DNA of 64,000 nucleotides, taken from contig NC_092677.1 of the NCBI RefSeq assembly GCF_964355755.1, positions 7,648,101 through 7,712,100 on the forward strand. The letters are read 5' to 3'. The DNA is from Antedon mediterranea (lineage: Eukaryota > Animalia > Echinodermata). The position numbers and the translations under genes were made by a program. Numbering within the stretch: position 1 is the stretch's first letter; the number at the start of each line of letters is the position of its first letter. This document shows, piece by piece, positions 42,100 to 53,677 of this stretch. The notes beneath the pieces are model-generated. The model worked only from the letters and a program-made list of their open reading frames with translations, was not told the origin of the DNA and ran no database searches.

Positions 42100-42487
42100 A
42101 TCAATTCGAACTGGTTGGTTGGTTCTGTTCGATTTTGTAATCGAACCTCCCTCTTAGGAGCAATTGATGATATCTAACATTGATTTAAACATGGACCATG
42201 TATGACAAATATCATCACAATTAACAATTGTGGACCAATCAGTATTGGAAAGTTTTAAAGTAAAATCATTAACATTATAATTTTTTAAAGATCTTAGTTT
42301 AACAACGTTGTGATGATTTACTTTACATCTATACTTTCCTAGTACAATAAATTAAAGAGTGATCACTTAACCCTATGTCAATAGTACCGAATTGTAATAT
42401 TTTGTCATCATTATTGCAAATAATGTGATCTATGATTGTACTTGTATTACTGGTTACTCTTGTAGGTGAGTTTATTAGTTGACAACA
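42100..42487 (-). mobile_element. CR1/L2 LINE endonuclease-region fragment
   Basis: QLINSPTRVTSNTSTIIDHIICN..GLSDHSLIYCTRK..RSLKNYN..DW. Confidence 0.8.
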
Positions 42488-42979
42488 AATAGATCATACT
42501 GTCATACAAATTAACGGTAATTAGTAAGTAACGGGAGAGATACACTGAATGTCATTAAAAAGCATATTCAAAATTCGTGAATATAATTGTTGTCTTATTA
42601 ATCCTTATATAATAGTAGGCCCTGTAAATCTTGTGCTGAGGAAGGGTTAGTGTGTGTTGCATGAGAGAAAGCTCTGCAATTTTATTTCTGGCTGTTTTAG
42701 TTTTTGTGTCAGGATCAGCTCGAGCGAAAAGGCCTCACGAACATATTGCTAACTCATTGAAATAAGTTGAACCAAACATGACACTACTAAATAACACTTA
42801 AAAATGGGTTGATGAAATAAAACATACATTAAATTAAATATGTTACACAATGTATTTTTTTCTTCATCTTATGCCTTTACGTGTACTGAATTTTTCAGAG
42901 TCATAAACTGTTGAGAGAAAAACAAACATGGATGTATTTAACATGATTGAAAATGTTCATCTGGTTTGTAGGTATAAGT

Positions 42980-43167
42980 ATATTGGAAATATTCTTTTTT
43001 TCAAACCAATAATTAGTAAACTAACCTTGACAGTTTCGCTGTCCTGATCGGACAGCTTCTTCAGAAATCATCATCATCATTTCTGAAGAAGCTGTCCGAT
43101 CAGGACAGCGAAACTGTCAAGGTTAGTTTACTAATTATTGGTTTGAAAAAAAGAATATTTCCAATAT
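42980..43167. ncRNA. Palindrome with 89-bp arms carrying hammerhead-ribozyme-like cores on both strands (Penelope-like pseudo-LTR inversion)
   Basis: CTGAAGA-A-GCTGTCC-gatca-GGACAGC-GAAAC at 43083-43114 and its mirror image; (CAT)n spacer 43069-43078. Confidence 0.55.
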
Positions 43168-43564
43168 GGATGTAGGCCTATTCATATAAATTATTTTTCT
43201 GGCTGTTTTACTTTATCGTTTTGATTTAGTGTTTCGCTTTTTTTTTTTTTTATCTCTATTGAGATCCAGCCACTGATACCCACAGCATATTGTCATTTTT
43301 TCAGTAATTTTCCTTTGGATTTATATAAATCAAAACATAAATTAAATAAGTTGTATATGTTTTCTCCTTATTGTGAATAAATTTTGAATGTATTTTTTTC
43401 TTGTTATTTGTAGAGGCTATATATATAACTTGATTCGGCTGTTGAGAAAACATAAAACAAACACGTATTCGTAATAATATTACATGAAATGTAAAATAAA
43501 ACATGATATGTAAAATAATAATAAGGCTAACTACAGCAGCAGTTTTTTGTTTTATTTTTCAAAC

Positions 43565-43592
43565 CAGGGAAGAGTTAAATAACTCTTCCCTG
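43565..43592. mobile_element. 28-bp palindrome CAGGGAAGAGTTA..TAACTCTTCCCTG with 7-bp TSD TTCAAAC
   Basis: Read directly. Confidence 0.75.
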
Positions 43593-43883
43593 TTCAAACA
43601 CAGTAAAATACAAAACAATTGGCACAATGACGCGAACAATAGAAGCCTCAACAAGCCTGGCACACCCAACTTAACACATTGACTAATACCCCTATAAATA
43701 ATAATGGAATAGTCCTTTATTCAATACATGCCGAAAACTCAGGCTGATCCTTTTCTAGCTGTGAGCGTGGTTTCGGCAACGCGAGACACGTGTGTCAGTA
43801 TAGGCGATAGCGAGACGTGTGTTGTACTGTGTTGATGCTGATCCGATAGTCGTTAAGTTGTACTGATTAAGAGTATCATTGGT

Positions 43884-44800
43884 CCTGGCCGCGATTTTTT
43901 TTTTTCGTACATAAGTTGGGGACCCCCTCATGAAACGTCACAAAATAAACATGAATAATTCATCAGTTAAATGTTCTTGTTCCGTGTGCACCCAAGCGTA
44001 TAGCAACAAGAAGTGATTACACAAGTGCGGTACGATTCTAGGCCTATCTCCGCGCTGTTGTTGCGGCGTGCGATTTCATAGAAGAATAGCGGCGTTTTGT
44101 GTGGATTGTCGAAACAATCAGCCTTTAGTTTATGATAGTGTTTTTAATATAATTTATTACTAAAGAATTACTTGTTAAAATTATAGTTTCTATTAATACT
44201 ATTAGGCCTAGGCCTAATTATTAGTCTCTAAACATATGTCTATTCTAGTAGAGCTGTGTGTGTGTGTGTGTTATAGGTATGACACAATCCGAGTAATAAG
44301 TCAGCAAAATTAAACAATAAACATTACACAAAAATACAGTTTTTATTCTCGTGGGTCTAATCTTCCCATCTCATGTGTTCATATACGCGCATTTTTAAAG
44401 TTCCTTTGAGTACATGCATTGTTTGATAATAAAATAGCAGAATTAAAAAAAATACAGTACACAAATTATACATATTCTTTATTCTTGTGGGTCTAAGCTT
44501 TCTTTGGGCTATGTCCAATGAATTACTACTTAGTTTAATGTCTTGCCTAGCTGTCGATTAGCCTCGACTCGACAAATTTTGTGTGAAGAAGAGTGCGCGA
44601 AGGCAATCGCGTGAATTGACTTAGAATCCTAGGCCTACTGTAGAAAGTATCGTATCGCAGTTGTGTAATCGCTTCTTGTTGCTATACGCTTGGGTGCACA
44701 CGGAACAACACATTTAACTGATGAATTATTCATGTTTATTTTGTGACGTTTCATGAGGGGGTCCCCAACTTATGTACGAAAAAAAAAATCGCCGGCCGGC
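43884..44800. mobile_element. MITE with about 160-bp TIRs
   Basis: GCGATTTTTTTTTTTCGTACATAAGTTGGGGACCCCCTCATGAAACG... and its reverse complement at about 44645-44800. Confidence 0.85.
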
Positions 44801-47011
44801 CTAGCCTGGTGATCTGATCCCCGCAAAAAAAAAATACTTTTTTTCAATCAGTATTAATATTATTATTTTATTTTTCATTTATTATTTGATTTATTAGGCT
44901 CAATAGATGCCTAGCAGGCTTCTAGTACTAGTAGGCCTAGATTATATAAATAATAATAGTAAATAAACACTGTAATTTAATTAATAAAATACAGCTTCCA
45001 TTTGCCTTACTTTTATGTCATCATATAATATTATAATTATAATAATATATACAACCAGACATTAACATTTTTTTTAAATAATATTTATTATTTTTTCTGA
45101 CACTTTCAGGAATCGTTGATGATGCAGAGTTCTTTGTCTTTGTGACTTCTTTGTCTTTGTGACTTCAAACTGAGAGTGAAGTGGATAAAAAGATGACACC
45201 GGTACCTACCGACATTGTCATACCCAAACTATAATTTAATTAATAACAAAATGTTGAATTACAAATATATATGTATGTTGCAGAGGATTTAGATGAATTA
45301 CAATACAAATATTTATGTTGAATGCAAACCTACTACACTATACTCTGTAAATTATGTTATTGTCATGTGGTAGACCTTAAAAATTGAATATTTATTGTAT
45401 GTTAGGCCTATTTTATATTTTATTAATACTGTATTAGTTTAATATTACTATTATTATAATTTATATTATACAGTACTAGTTTGTACATGTTTTTACCCCA
45501 AAAAAAATGAATAAATAATTTGTTATTCAATCTAATTGCTTGTTTGTTCATCAATAACAAAACAATTGTAAGCAAGTATATAACAGTTCTTGTTAGCCGC
45601 TTATTTCAGGTCATATTATTAATATTAGCTAGGCCCGATGCGCCCGATCACAACGTCACTAAGTGACTTTCCGCCCCTGGAACAATCGGTCGCTAATAGG
45701 GCTAGGCCTCGGACTCGTATAAAAGCTATTATAATAGTTATGATAAATATTCCTCAACTAAAATGTATACTGTGATAAATAAACAAGTAATAATATACGT
45801 TGTATTGGAATGTATTTATTTATATGAATTCTTATACGCGGACAATTATAAACATCGCGTATATCGTTCGATATAAATAAATTCATAAACACGATGACGA
45901 TATGTTTACAAAATGGCGGTTTCGCTAGTTTTCGATGGAACAAATAGTGGTACCTTTAGTTTGAATAGTCGGAGCTGCATCCCAACCACCGAATTTTGTA
46001 TCTTAATATCGTATTCTGTAGATTATTAATTTTTCTAACAGGGATTTTAAATTCAGGACTGTTCAATTTTTCTAAATATTTTATTTTAATGATTTTCTAG
46101 GGTACAATTTCGAAAAAAAGACATTGGTTGATTTTGCCGTTAAATTACAGATTATCGTTTTGTTCAAATACATTTAATTTTACATGACAATATATTAAAA
46201 CCATTTATGAATTTATTTCACTAACAATATTTTTCCGATAATCAGCTAAATTTACAAATATTATGTTTTTCCAACACCCTAAAATTTAGCAATTTTGAAC
46301 TAAATTAGAAAAGTAGGGCGCCCTCTCCGAGTCGAAATTTGACACGATTTGTCGACTGGCTGTCCCACTGAATACGGGAGTGACGATCACAAAGGATGCC
46401 GACCTGCTTAGTGGAACGCGACCAAGCTCACCACGTGGCTTTTATCAACTTGCTCCTTTTACACACTTAACTGTGAATGATTGTTGGTAACGCTAGAGAT
46501 TGATAGTACACAAAGGATGTCGACGTACATGCTTGGTGGAATGCGATCAAGCTGACGATGTGCTCCGACGTACTATTTTCACTATGAAAATGTGCAAACC
46601 ATCGGTGATTGATGACCGTCGAAACGATACGTGTTTTTAAAATCTATTTAATTTATTAAAAAAAATACGCCCCCGCTAGATCCGCCACTGGAACCATACC
46701 CTCGAATTTTTTTTCTCTATAGGCCTATGGCCGCAAATCGCATTTCCGGCTATTCTCTTTTGTTTATGAACTATATTGTTGGTGTAATTTCCAGCCCACA
46801 AATTTCAATTGCCGACCTTAATATTGCCGACCTTATATTGTCAGAGGACGGCATTCTCTTGCCGACCGAAATTAGGCTAGATCCCTCCTCCTTTCAAGTC
46901 TCCTAGCAACAACATGGCACATTAGGGATCGTGTCAGTAGAAGTAGTCCTACTTCAGACAGAAAATGATCAGTCAGCCATGACTTTGGTGTATTTCCTGA
47001 TTACGTAATAT

Positions 47012-47190
47012 CCGCCAGGTGTTTCTAAAGGTCGTTTCCGCCAGGTGTTTCTAATGAAGGTCGTTTCCGGCAGGTGTTTCTAATGAAGGTCGTTCATTTC
47101 CTGTTATTGTATTAGTTATGTAACTTCCTGCAGGTGTTTCTAATGAAGGTCGTTCTTTTCCTGGTTTCGTACTAGTTATGTAATTTCCGC
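47012..47190. repeat. Subterminal repeats of the Maverick end (mirror about 60001-60182)
   Basis: 4x CAGGTGTTTCTAATGAAGGTCGTT interleaved with TTCCG/TTCCTG motifs; first left copy lacks 3 bp relative to the right arm. Confidence 0.85.
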
Positions 47191-47389
47191 ATAATAGTCC
47201 AATTTGACCAAAAATGATTTACATGAAAAAACTATACTTTAAACAAAAAATCAAATTGATTGCAAGCTGCTGGAATTGGGGTTTTGGTTGAATGTCATTA
47301 CAGTTTGTTTTTTGCGAAGAGGTTATCCTGCAGGTCTAGTCAGTCGTGGTATATACATTATAATATAAAATTAATAAATATTAAATAAA

Positions 47390-48390
47390 AATGATATGGT
47401 AATTTAGTTGCTTGTGATGAGAACAAAATGGTTTACAATGGTTGAAGTCAATAGATGTTATGTTTCGGATTATAATACAATGGTTAACATAGGGTAAGGA
47501 AGTGAGACAATATAGTTTTTGTAAGATTTGAATTAGTCAGAGTCAATAAAGATGCACCTGGTTAATTAAAACTAGTTAATTGAGGTTTTTGCTTGATGTA
47601 TGCCGACATAATCCAAAGACATAAGTTATTTGATCCGGATATTATAACAATGACTAAAACAAAAAGATAAGAATGAATGAAGTTAAATAATAAGTATGTC
47701 TTGATTGAACTATACCGACAGGTAATTAACCATCTTCCGGATTTGTTAACAAAGGGTATAAATCGAAAGCAGTGACACGGGGTGTTTGACATACTAAAGT
47801 TTAATGTGTGACGTCATGATGTTAGTTTCACTATTTTTCATGATTTTTGTTTTACAATGTTTAGTTTTATTTTCATTTAAATTGGTTACGTTTACGAAAA
47901 GATTTCTTTGTTTCCTTTTAAAAGTTAGTTTCACTATTTTTGATGATTTTTGTTTTCCAATGTTTAGTTTTATTTTCATTTAAATTGGTTACGTTTACGA
48001 AAAGATTTCTTTGTTTCCTTTTAAAATAAAACAAAAAGTGGGTAAAGAGGGAATTGTTATATAGAATTGTTATATATTAATATACATTATAATATAAAAT
48101 TATTAAATAATAAATAAAAAATATTTGGTGATGATTTAGTCGTTTGTGATGAGAACAAATGGTATACAATGGTTGAAGTCAATAGGTGTTATGTTTCGGA
48201 TATAATATTACAATGGTTAACATTGGGTAAGGAAGTAAAAGATTGTTGTAAGATTTGAATTAGTCATGTACTTGGCGGTATTTTTAAAAAGGGGTACAAT
48301 AAAAGATGCTCCTGGTTTAATTAAAACAACGTAACAACATAAGTTAATTTGATCAGGATATTATAACAATGACTAAAACAAAAAGTTAAG
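47390..48390. repeat. Internal direct repeats in the Maverick arm (about 280 bp: 47390-47670 vs 48120-48390; about 102-bp tandem 47821-48024)
   Basis: Read directly; mirrored at about 58795-59800. Confidence 0.8.
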
Positions 48391-48677
48391 AGAATTTAGT
48401 ACAGTTTTCATCAGTATGAACTTCTACAAACCAACAGCTGATTACGCCGATTCTAAAATAGCTGATAAGGCTAAGGCTAGTATGCAGCGAGTTATGAGAA
48501 AACGGTTTGATCTTTGATGATTTTGGATCGGACATTTTTTAAATTGAATGACATTGGGGAAGCTACTTAATGAAACAAAAGATACACGACGCTTCGACAC
48601 AATGTTCCGACAGGAAATACAACAATGACAATTGGCTGAAACAAATTTAGTAAATGCCGAATGTAATTCTTTGACTG

Positions 48678-48716
48678 TATATAACTCTCGATTATTTTGT
48701 AATCCTTACCTCATTC
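48678..48716 (+). promoter_or_regulatory. Candidate TATA box and initiator for the 242-aa ORF
   Basis: TATATAA at 48678, TCATTC at 48711, ATG at 48769; AATAAA at 49629 after the stop. Confidence 0.4.
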
Positions 48717-48768
48717 TACAACGCTACAGAGCTCGACAAGACAGACCAAAAACCAACAACTAGTTACT

Positions 48769-49497
48769 ATGGATTCCGTGATTGAAATCATTGATCTTAC
48801 TATGGACTCTGATGTCGAAGAAAATGTTATATATATAAGCAGTGATTCAGAATTTGAAGATGAAGACATACTAGCTATGACTGGTGCCTATTTTACAGCA
48901 GAGGAGGAGGAAGAGATGAGGGAAGAGATGGGGGATATGACGTGTTTAATAGCGATTCAACCCCCACCTCCAATGAACGTTGATTTCAATAATGTATCTA
49001 ATACTGAAGAAGACGAACATTATAGATCGAGAATAATTTCTGAAGAGGAGAGGATTGTATACGACGACACGTCATCGGTAGTTGACTACCACCTATTTCT
49101 GGCAAGAAAAGCCGATGTAGAAGATGATGTAGAAGATGAGGTGTTTGCGGAAGAGTACCTGAACCCTGTGCTGGAGGCGGAGATTAAGAAAGAAACTACC
49201 GAACTTGAGTACAAAGAGATAATGAGAACAATTGAGAAGGTTTTCATAGAAGAATTTATATTCATTCTGAAGGACATGGTTGAACGTTATAACTTTCACG
49301 GCTCAAGATATGAACAACTCCTAACATTTTTTCGACCAATTCTGGCATTGAAACTTGTGGACAATAGCGCTACCCATTTTGAATGGGCGCTAAACTACTT
49401 TCATTTACGTTGTATAAATGTTGATGCGTTCGCTAAAGCCATAAAGTTGATTTCAAATGATTCAGAACTTTTTAATAAGATTCTTTACCAATTGTAA
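48769..49497 (+). CDS. Acidic 242-aa accessory protein with two SUMO-interacting motifs and a helical, possibly death-fold, C-terminus
   Basis: Intronless ATG-to-stop ORF in AT-rich DNA; VIEIIDLTMDSD and VIYISSDSE; PPPPP. Confidence 0.8.
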   Translation: MDSVIEIIDLTMDSDVEENVIYISSDSEFEDEDILAMTGAYFTAEEEEEMREEMGDMTCLIAIQPPPPMNVDFNNVSNTEEDEHYRSRIISEEERIVYDDTSSVVDYHLFLARKADVEDDVEDEVFAEEYLNPVLEAEIKKETTELEYKEIMRTIEKVFIEEFIFILKDMVERYNFHGSRYEQLLTFFRPILALKLVDNSATHFEWALNYFHLRCINVDAFAKAIKLISNDSELFNKILYQL

Positions 49498-49750
49498 TTT
49501 GTACAAATTTAAAAAAATATCTTAACACTTTTTTAATTAATGTTACATATTTTTATAATTCTTATTTCTTTTCGGTAAATTTATTATTATTATGGTTGTA
49601 AATTATATTGAAATAGAATATGTGTTAAAATAAAGGTTGTGGTTTTTCTTTTAATAGCAACAACAACGAAAATGAATTTGATCTTTGCTTGTTATTTAAG
49701 TATTTTATTTATTTTTTAAATTTTCATTTGGGTGAATGAGGGTAATGAGT

Positions 49751-49990
49751 ATGGATGAGTACTTAAGAAAAGTATATTACGATCCTAAGCATCCTGATAG
49801 TTTTGATGGTGTGGACCGACTTTATCAAAATGTAAAATACGATTTAAATATTACCAAGAGACAAGTTCAAGACTGACTGAGCAAGCTAGATACATATACA
49901 TTACACAAATCCATTCAACGTAAATTCAAACGAAACTGGGTACTTGTAAGTGTTATTGATGAACAATGGGGAATGGATTTGGAAAAATAA
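49751..49990 (+). pseudogene. Maverick retroviral-type integrase N-terminal stub
   Basis: MDEYLRKVYYDPKHPDSFDGVDRLYQNVK..VQD*LSKLDTYTLHKSIQRKFKRNWVLVSVIDEQWGMDLEK*; Trp-to-stop; truncated at the first catalytic-Asp motif. Confidence 0.85.
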
Positions 49991-50962
49991 CGTGTATAAA
50001 ATTTGATTCAGACAAACTGTTTGACTTTAAATTTCCAAAAATCAAAGGAAGTCAATTTTGAAATAGTTGGTAGCATGGTACAAGGAATCGGACTGGAAAA
50101 AATAACAACAACTAATCCTAACAAAATAACCCGTAAACCAAAATCTCACTCTCTACCATTCAAAAATGATGTAGCGATTTTTTCAAGCGGTATTGTCATG
50201 AACGTATTGAAAAGAAAATAGTTTTATTGTCAATGATTTGTCAAGTGTTTTATTTTAATTTCAATTACTGTTGTATTGTATTTAGTTTTACCCGTTCATG
50301 TTGGCATGATCAATATTTGCTCAAACTCTATTTTATCGTTATGTTTGTAGTATTTTAGAGATTCCCGATCATCGTAATAATGATATAACTAGAATTCGTA
50401 ACCGTGTGTTAGATTCCACGCGTATTATATACATATTGTCTTACTTTAATTCCTTCTCTCGTTATTCACCCGATGTAGTTTGATCAAGCAATTGTACCTG
50501 AGCCTGAAAGGTTAGTTGTTATGGTACAAGGAATCGGCCCGGAAAATAATTTGTTTTCTTTTCTGTTAAATTATTATTATGTTTGTGAATTGTGTATTGC
50601 AATAGATTTGTTTAATGAAATGAAATTAATTAGGCCTATGTTTTGACTTAATTTACTGTCAGTGTAAATTTGTAAAAGTAGTTTTCCTACTTTAATTCAC
50701 GGTAAATTTGTTTATCGACTTAATTTAATTTGTTTTCTTTTCTGTTGTTGTTAAATGTAATTGCAAACACACATAATAAATGATTGTGATTATAAATATT
50801 CTGTTTACTTCTTTTAATTTTAAACAGTACAATAGATCTGTAATGTAAAGTTATATTTTATATATAATAAGTAATATTACAAAAATAAACATACAAAATG
50901 TATAAAGCATAGATTAATTAAATTTAAATACAATTTCTTTATTTCAAAATGAATTTCATTTT

Positions 50963-51392
50963 CTACGTGTTTTCAATTTTAAATCTTTTAAGAAAGACAC
51001 AATACGTACTGCTAAAAAAATAAAACGCACACAAAAGAAAACAAATTTGAGACGCACGATATGTAACGAAGGTTTCAATAAAAAGGCATATTATAAATGT
51101 ATTTTTACCAAATTTATAAAGTAAAGGGTTATTATTGAGAAATATACATTTTAGATAAATGATAACACATCTAAAATTAATTAGAGAGATCAATACAATA
51201 TGGTGTTCATAATAATTTGTTTTGATGATTAGAGGAAACATCTGAAGACATTCAACAAAAAACAAGCGTTAACACCATACCAGTCACTAAGAATGCTACT
51301 ACTCTGAAAAAAAAACATCTCCCTTCCAGCACAGAAACAAATTCTGAACGAAAATAAAAAATAAAAATAATTAGTAAACGAAACACGCGCAT
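50963..51392 (-). pseudogene. Possible frameshifted multi-pass membrane protein ORF (mirror 55792-56220)
   Basis: MRVFRLLIIFIFYF...VVAFLVTGMVLTLVF then frameshift to VECLQMF...CVFLKRFKIENT*; may be a T-rich artefact. Confidence 0.25.
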
Positions 51393-51411
51393 TATAAATA
51401 AAATGAATAAT

Positions 51412-51825
51412 TTAAGAATATTTGTTAAAATACCCACGAACAAAAAAAAAAAAAAGAAACATACTAACCGATTTATCGTCATTACGAAGTTCAAATAACG
51501 AAAACTTTTCCTTGAAAAATCCACAAGAGACACGTTTTACATTTTCTAACTGCATTTCAGTGTCACATTGTTTCGCAACACATGTACATACAACGAGTCC
51601 TGTCACAAATCTGCCGACATTTATTTTTTTATCGCTCATCATTTGTTCTAATACATAATACAGCGCTTCCGAAGAAATATCTTTACACAATTCTAACACA
51701 TTAAAATTGTTTTCCAACTCTTTACAAGCACGAATAGTACTCTGGAGGATGGGTGAATCCAAAACAATTAACCCCGTCAATTTATATTCAATGTATGCTA
51801 AAACTACTTCCTCTAAATCAACCAT
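51412..51825 (-). CDS. Viral-type Bcl-2 family protein, 137 aa from the first ATG
   Basis: BH4-like EEVVLAYIEYKL, BH3-like IRACKELENNF, BH1-like VLEQMMSDKKINVGRFVTGL, C-terminal hydrophobic anchor SVSMFLFFFFVRGYFNK. Confidence 0.8.
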   Translation of the reverse strand: MVDLEEVVLAYIEYKLTGLIVLDSPILQSTIRACKELENNFNVLELCKDISSEALYYVLEQMMSDKKINVGRFVTGLVVCTCVAKQCDTEMQLENVKRVSCGFFKEKFSLFELRNDDKSVSMFLFFFFVRGYFNKYS

Positions 51826-52509
51826 AACGCTCGACAAAACAAATGATAATGGATGTAATTACCAAGAAAGTTACAACTTAAAACATTTATTTTTGTTTTT
51901 AAAAAGAAGTTGTAACATAGAAACTAATTTTGTCAGGAAATGTGTTTTTATTATTTATGTGATTTATTTGTGTTTAGAAAGTTACAACATTAACATTTAA
52001 TTTTGTCAACAAATGTGAATATACGGAGCCGAATGTAATTTTTAATCCTTAGTATAGTGAAGAGATTTTATAAAAAAAAAAAAAAAGAAAAAAAAAAGAG
52101 CGAACGGAAACTAATGATTGCAGATTAGCCATATAGAAATGGATTGAAATCGGAAATCCACATGATCAAAGAAAAGAAACCATCGTTCCGACAGAAGCTA
52201 ATGACAATTACAAAGGATGACACAGTTTGAATATAGTAATTACCGTAAAACATAATTAAATGTTGTCAAGATAGTTGTCAAAAATAAATAAAATATATTA
52301 TACTGAATTTACTTTGTACATTTATTTAATTTAGGCCGTAATTAGGGTTGTTGTTCATTTATGATTGTGAAAAATATACATACGAATAAAACAGCTATAT
52401 ATATATATATAAAAAAAAAAAATAATGATTCAGTGTTATAATTTTATTTACCTGTCATTATGTTAAATAAAACATATTCTAAATTAAATTTATATCATGT
52501 TAGATATAT

Positions 52510-53290
52510 TTTCAAGAACATTTGTTACATAAAAATAAATTTGTAAAGAAATTTGTTACATAAGATAAATGTGTTAAGAAGTTTGTTTCATAAAAATATT
52601 TGTGTAGATAAATTTGTTACATGAAAATAAATTTTTCAAAATATTTGTTACATAAAAATAAATTTGTAAAGAAATTCGTTACATAAATTTATTTTTTACA
52701 AGAAGTTTGTAACAGAAAATTATTTTGCTAAGAATTAGTTGCATCAATTGATTTTATCAACCGTATGTAACATAAAGAATTATTTTGTTGAAAAAAATAT
52801 TTTGTCATTCAGTCCATTTGTTCAGTAGGCCTAGTTCGTTTAAGTTTTTAAGAATTATTTGTGTAATATTCTTGTAAATAAGAGAATTTATTTTTAACCT
52901 TTGTAATTATTTTGTAAATATCATTTATGCAATATTTTTGTGTGTAAATATTTGATTTTATTTATACTTTTTGTATGGAAATAATTATACTAATATTAAA
53001 TATCATTATTTGTTTATAAATTTAATTGTGATTATAGATTTATTCTTTATAAGTATGTCGATTAATTTCAGAATCAAAAACTTGTTAAATAAGAAAAAAA
53101 AAATGGTCATGAAATTCGTTAAATAAAAAATTATTTATCAAGAATCTTTTTACATAAATTTTATTTTATCATTAAATTTGTTACATAAACATAATTTGTC
53201 AAGAATCTTTTTGCATAAAATTTATTTTGTCATTAAGTTTGTTACATAAAAAAAAAATAATTGTTTCATGAATCTTGTTACATTTTTTAA
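52510..53290. repeat. AT-rich about 33-bp repeats (AAATTTGTTACATAAAAATAAATTTGT...), mirror about 53900-54680
   Basis: Two clusters, 52510-52790 and 53080-53290. Confidence 0.75.
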
Positions 53291-53341
53291 ATTTTTGTTT
53301 TCAACTACTTATATGAAAATTCAAGTTAAGAAAGCAGTATA

Positions 53342-53510
53342 ATGACAATGACTGGGCGTTTAGTAACACCTTTCACCGCAGTGATTAGCGGACAGACTTC
53401 CTCCGGTAACTCGGTATTTGTTAACAATCTTTTAGAAAATAATTACTTAAAAAAAATAAAACAAGTCGTTTGATGATATGACATAGTGTTATGGCGAATA
53501 TCAAACTTAG
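53342..53510 (+). pseudogene. Maverick packaging ATPase N-terminal stub
   Basis: MTMTGRLVTPFTAVISGQTSSGNSVFVNNLLEN (Walker A Lys replaced by Asn), stops, then *CYGEYQ. Confidence 0.8.
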
Positions 53511-53677
53511 TTAGAGAAGTAAATACTGTTTGTGTTTACATGCGTGTCATAGTAGAGTTTGTAATTACGTTTTTTACACAACTATCGACAACATAATAAT
53601 ACATTTATATTGAAAAAACGTAATTACAAACTCTACTATGACACGCATGTAAACAAAAACAGTATTTACTTCTCTAA

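Larger units (their letters stand above)
40482..43750. repeat. Inverted repeat pair (40482-40642 and 43525-43750), probably TIR remnants
   Basis: CTGAGTTTTCGGCATGTATTGAAT...CTGCTGCTGTAGTTAGCC and its reverse complement. Confidence 0.75.
35896..46690. mobile_element. Second hAT-like element nested in the first
   Basis: CAGGAGCGGATCCAG / CTAGATCCGCCACTG ends; flanks GAGCC / GAACC (4/5). Confidence 0.45.

Noticed and set aside
49086-49299. Antisense ORFs over the 242-aa gene, and similar shadows at 51422-52000 and their mirrors
   Set aside because: Shadow frames of real ORFs with no motifs
50003-50221. 72-aa ORF after the integrase stub
   Set aside because: Non-ATG start and no recognisable motif; may be unidentifiable viral debris
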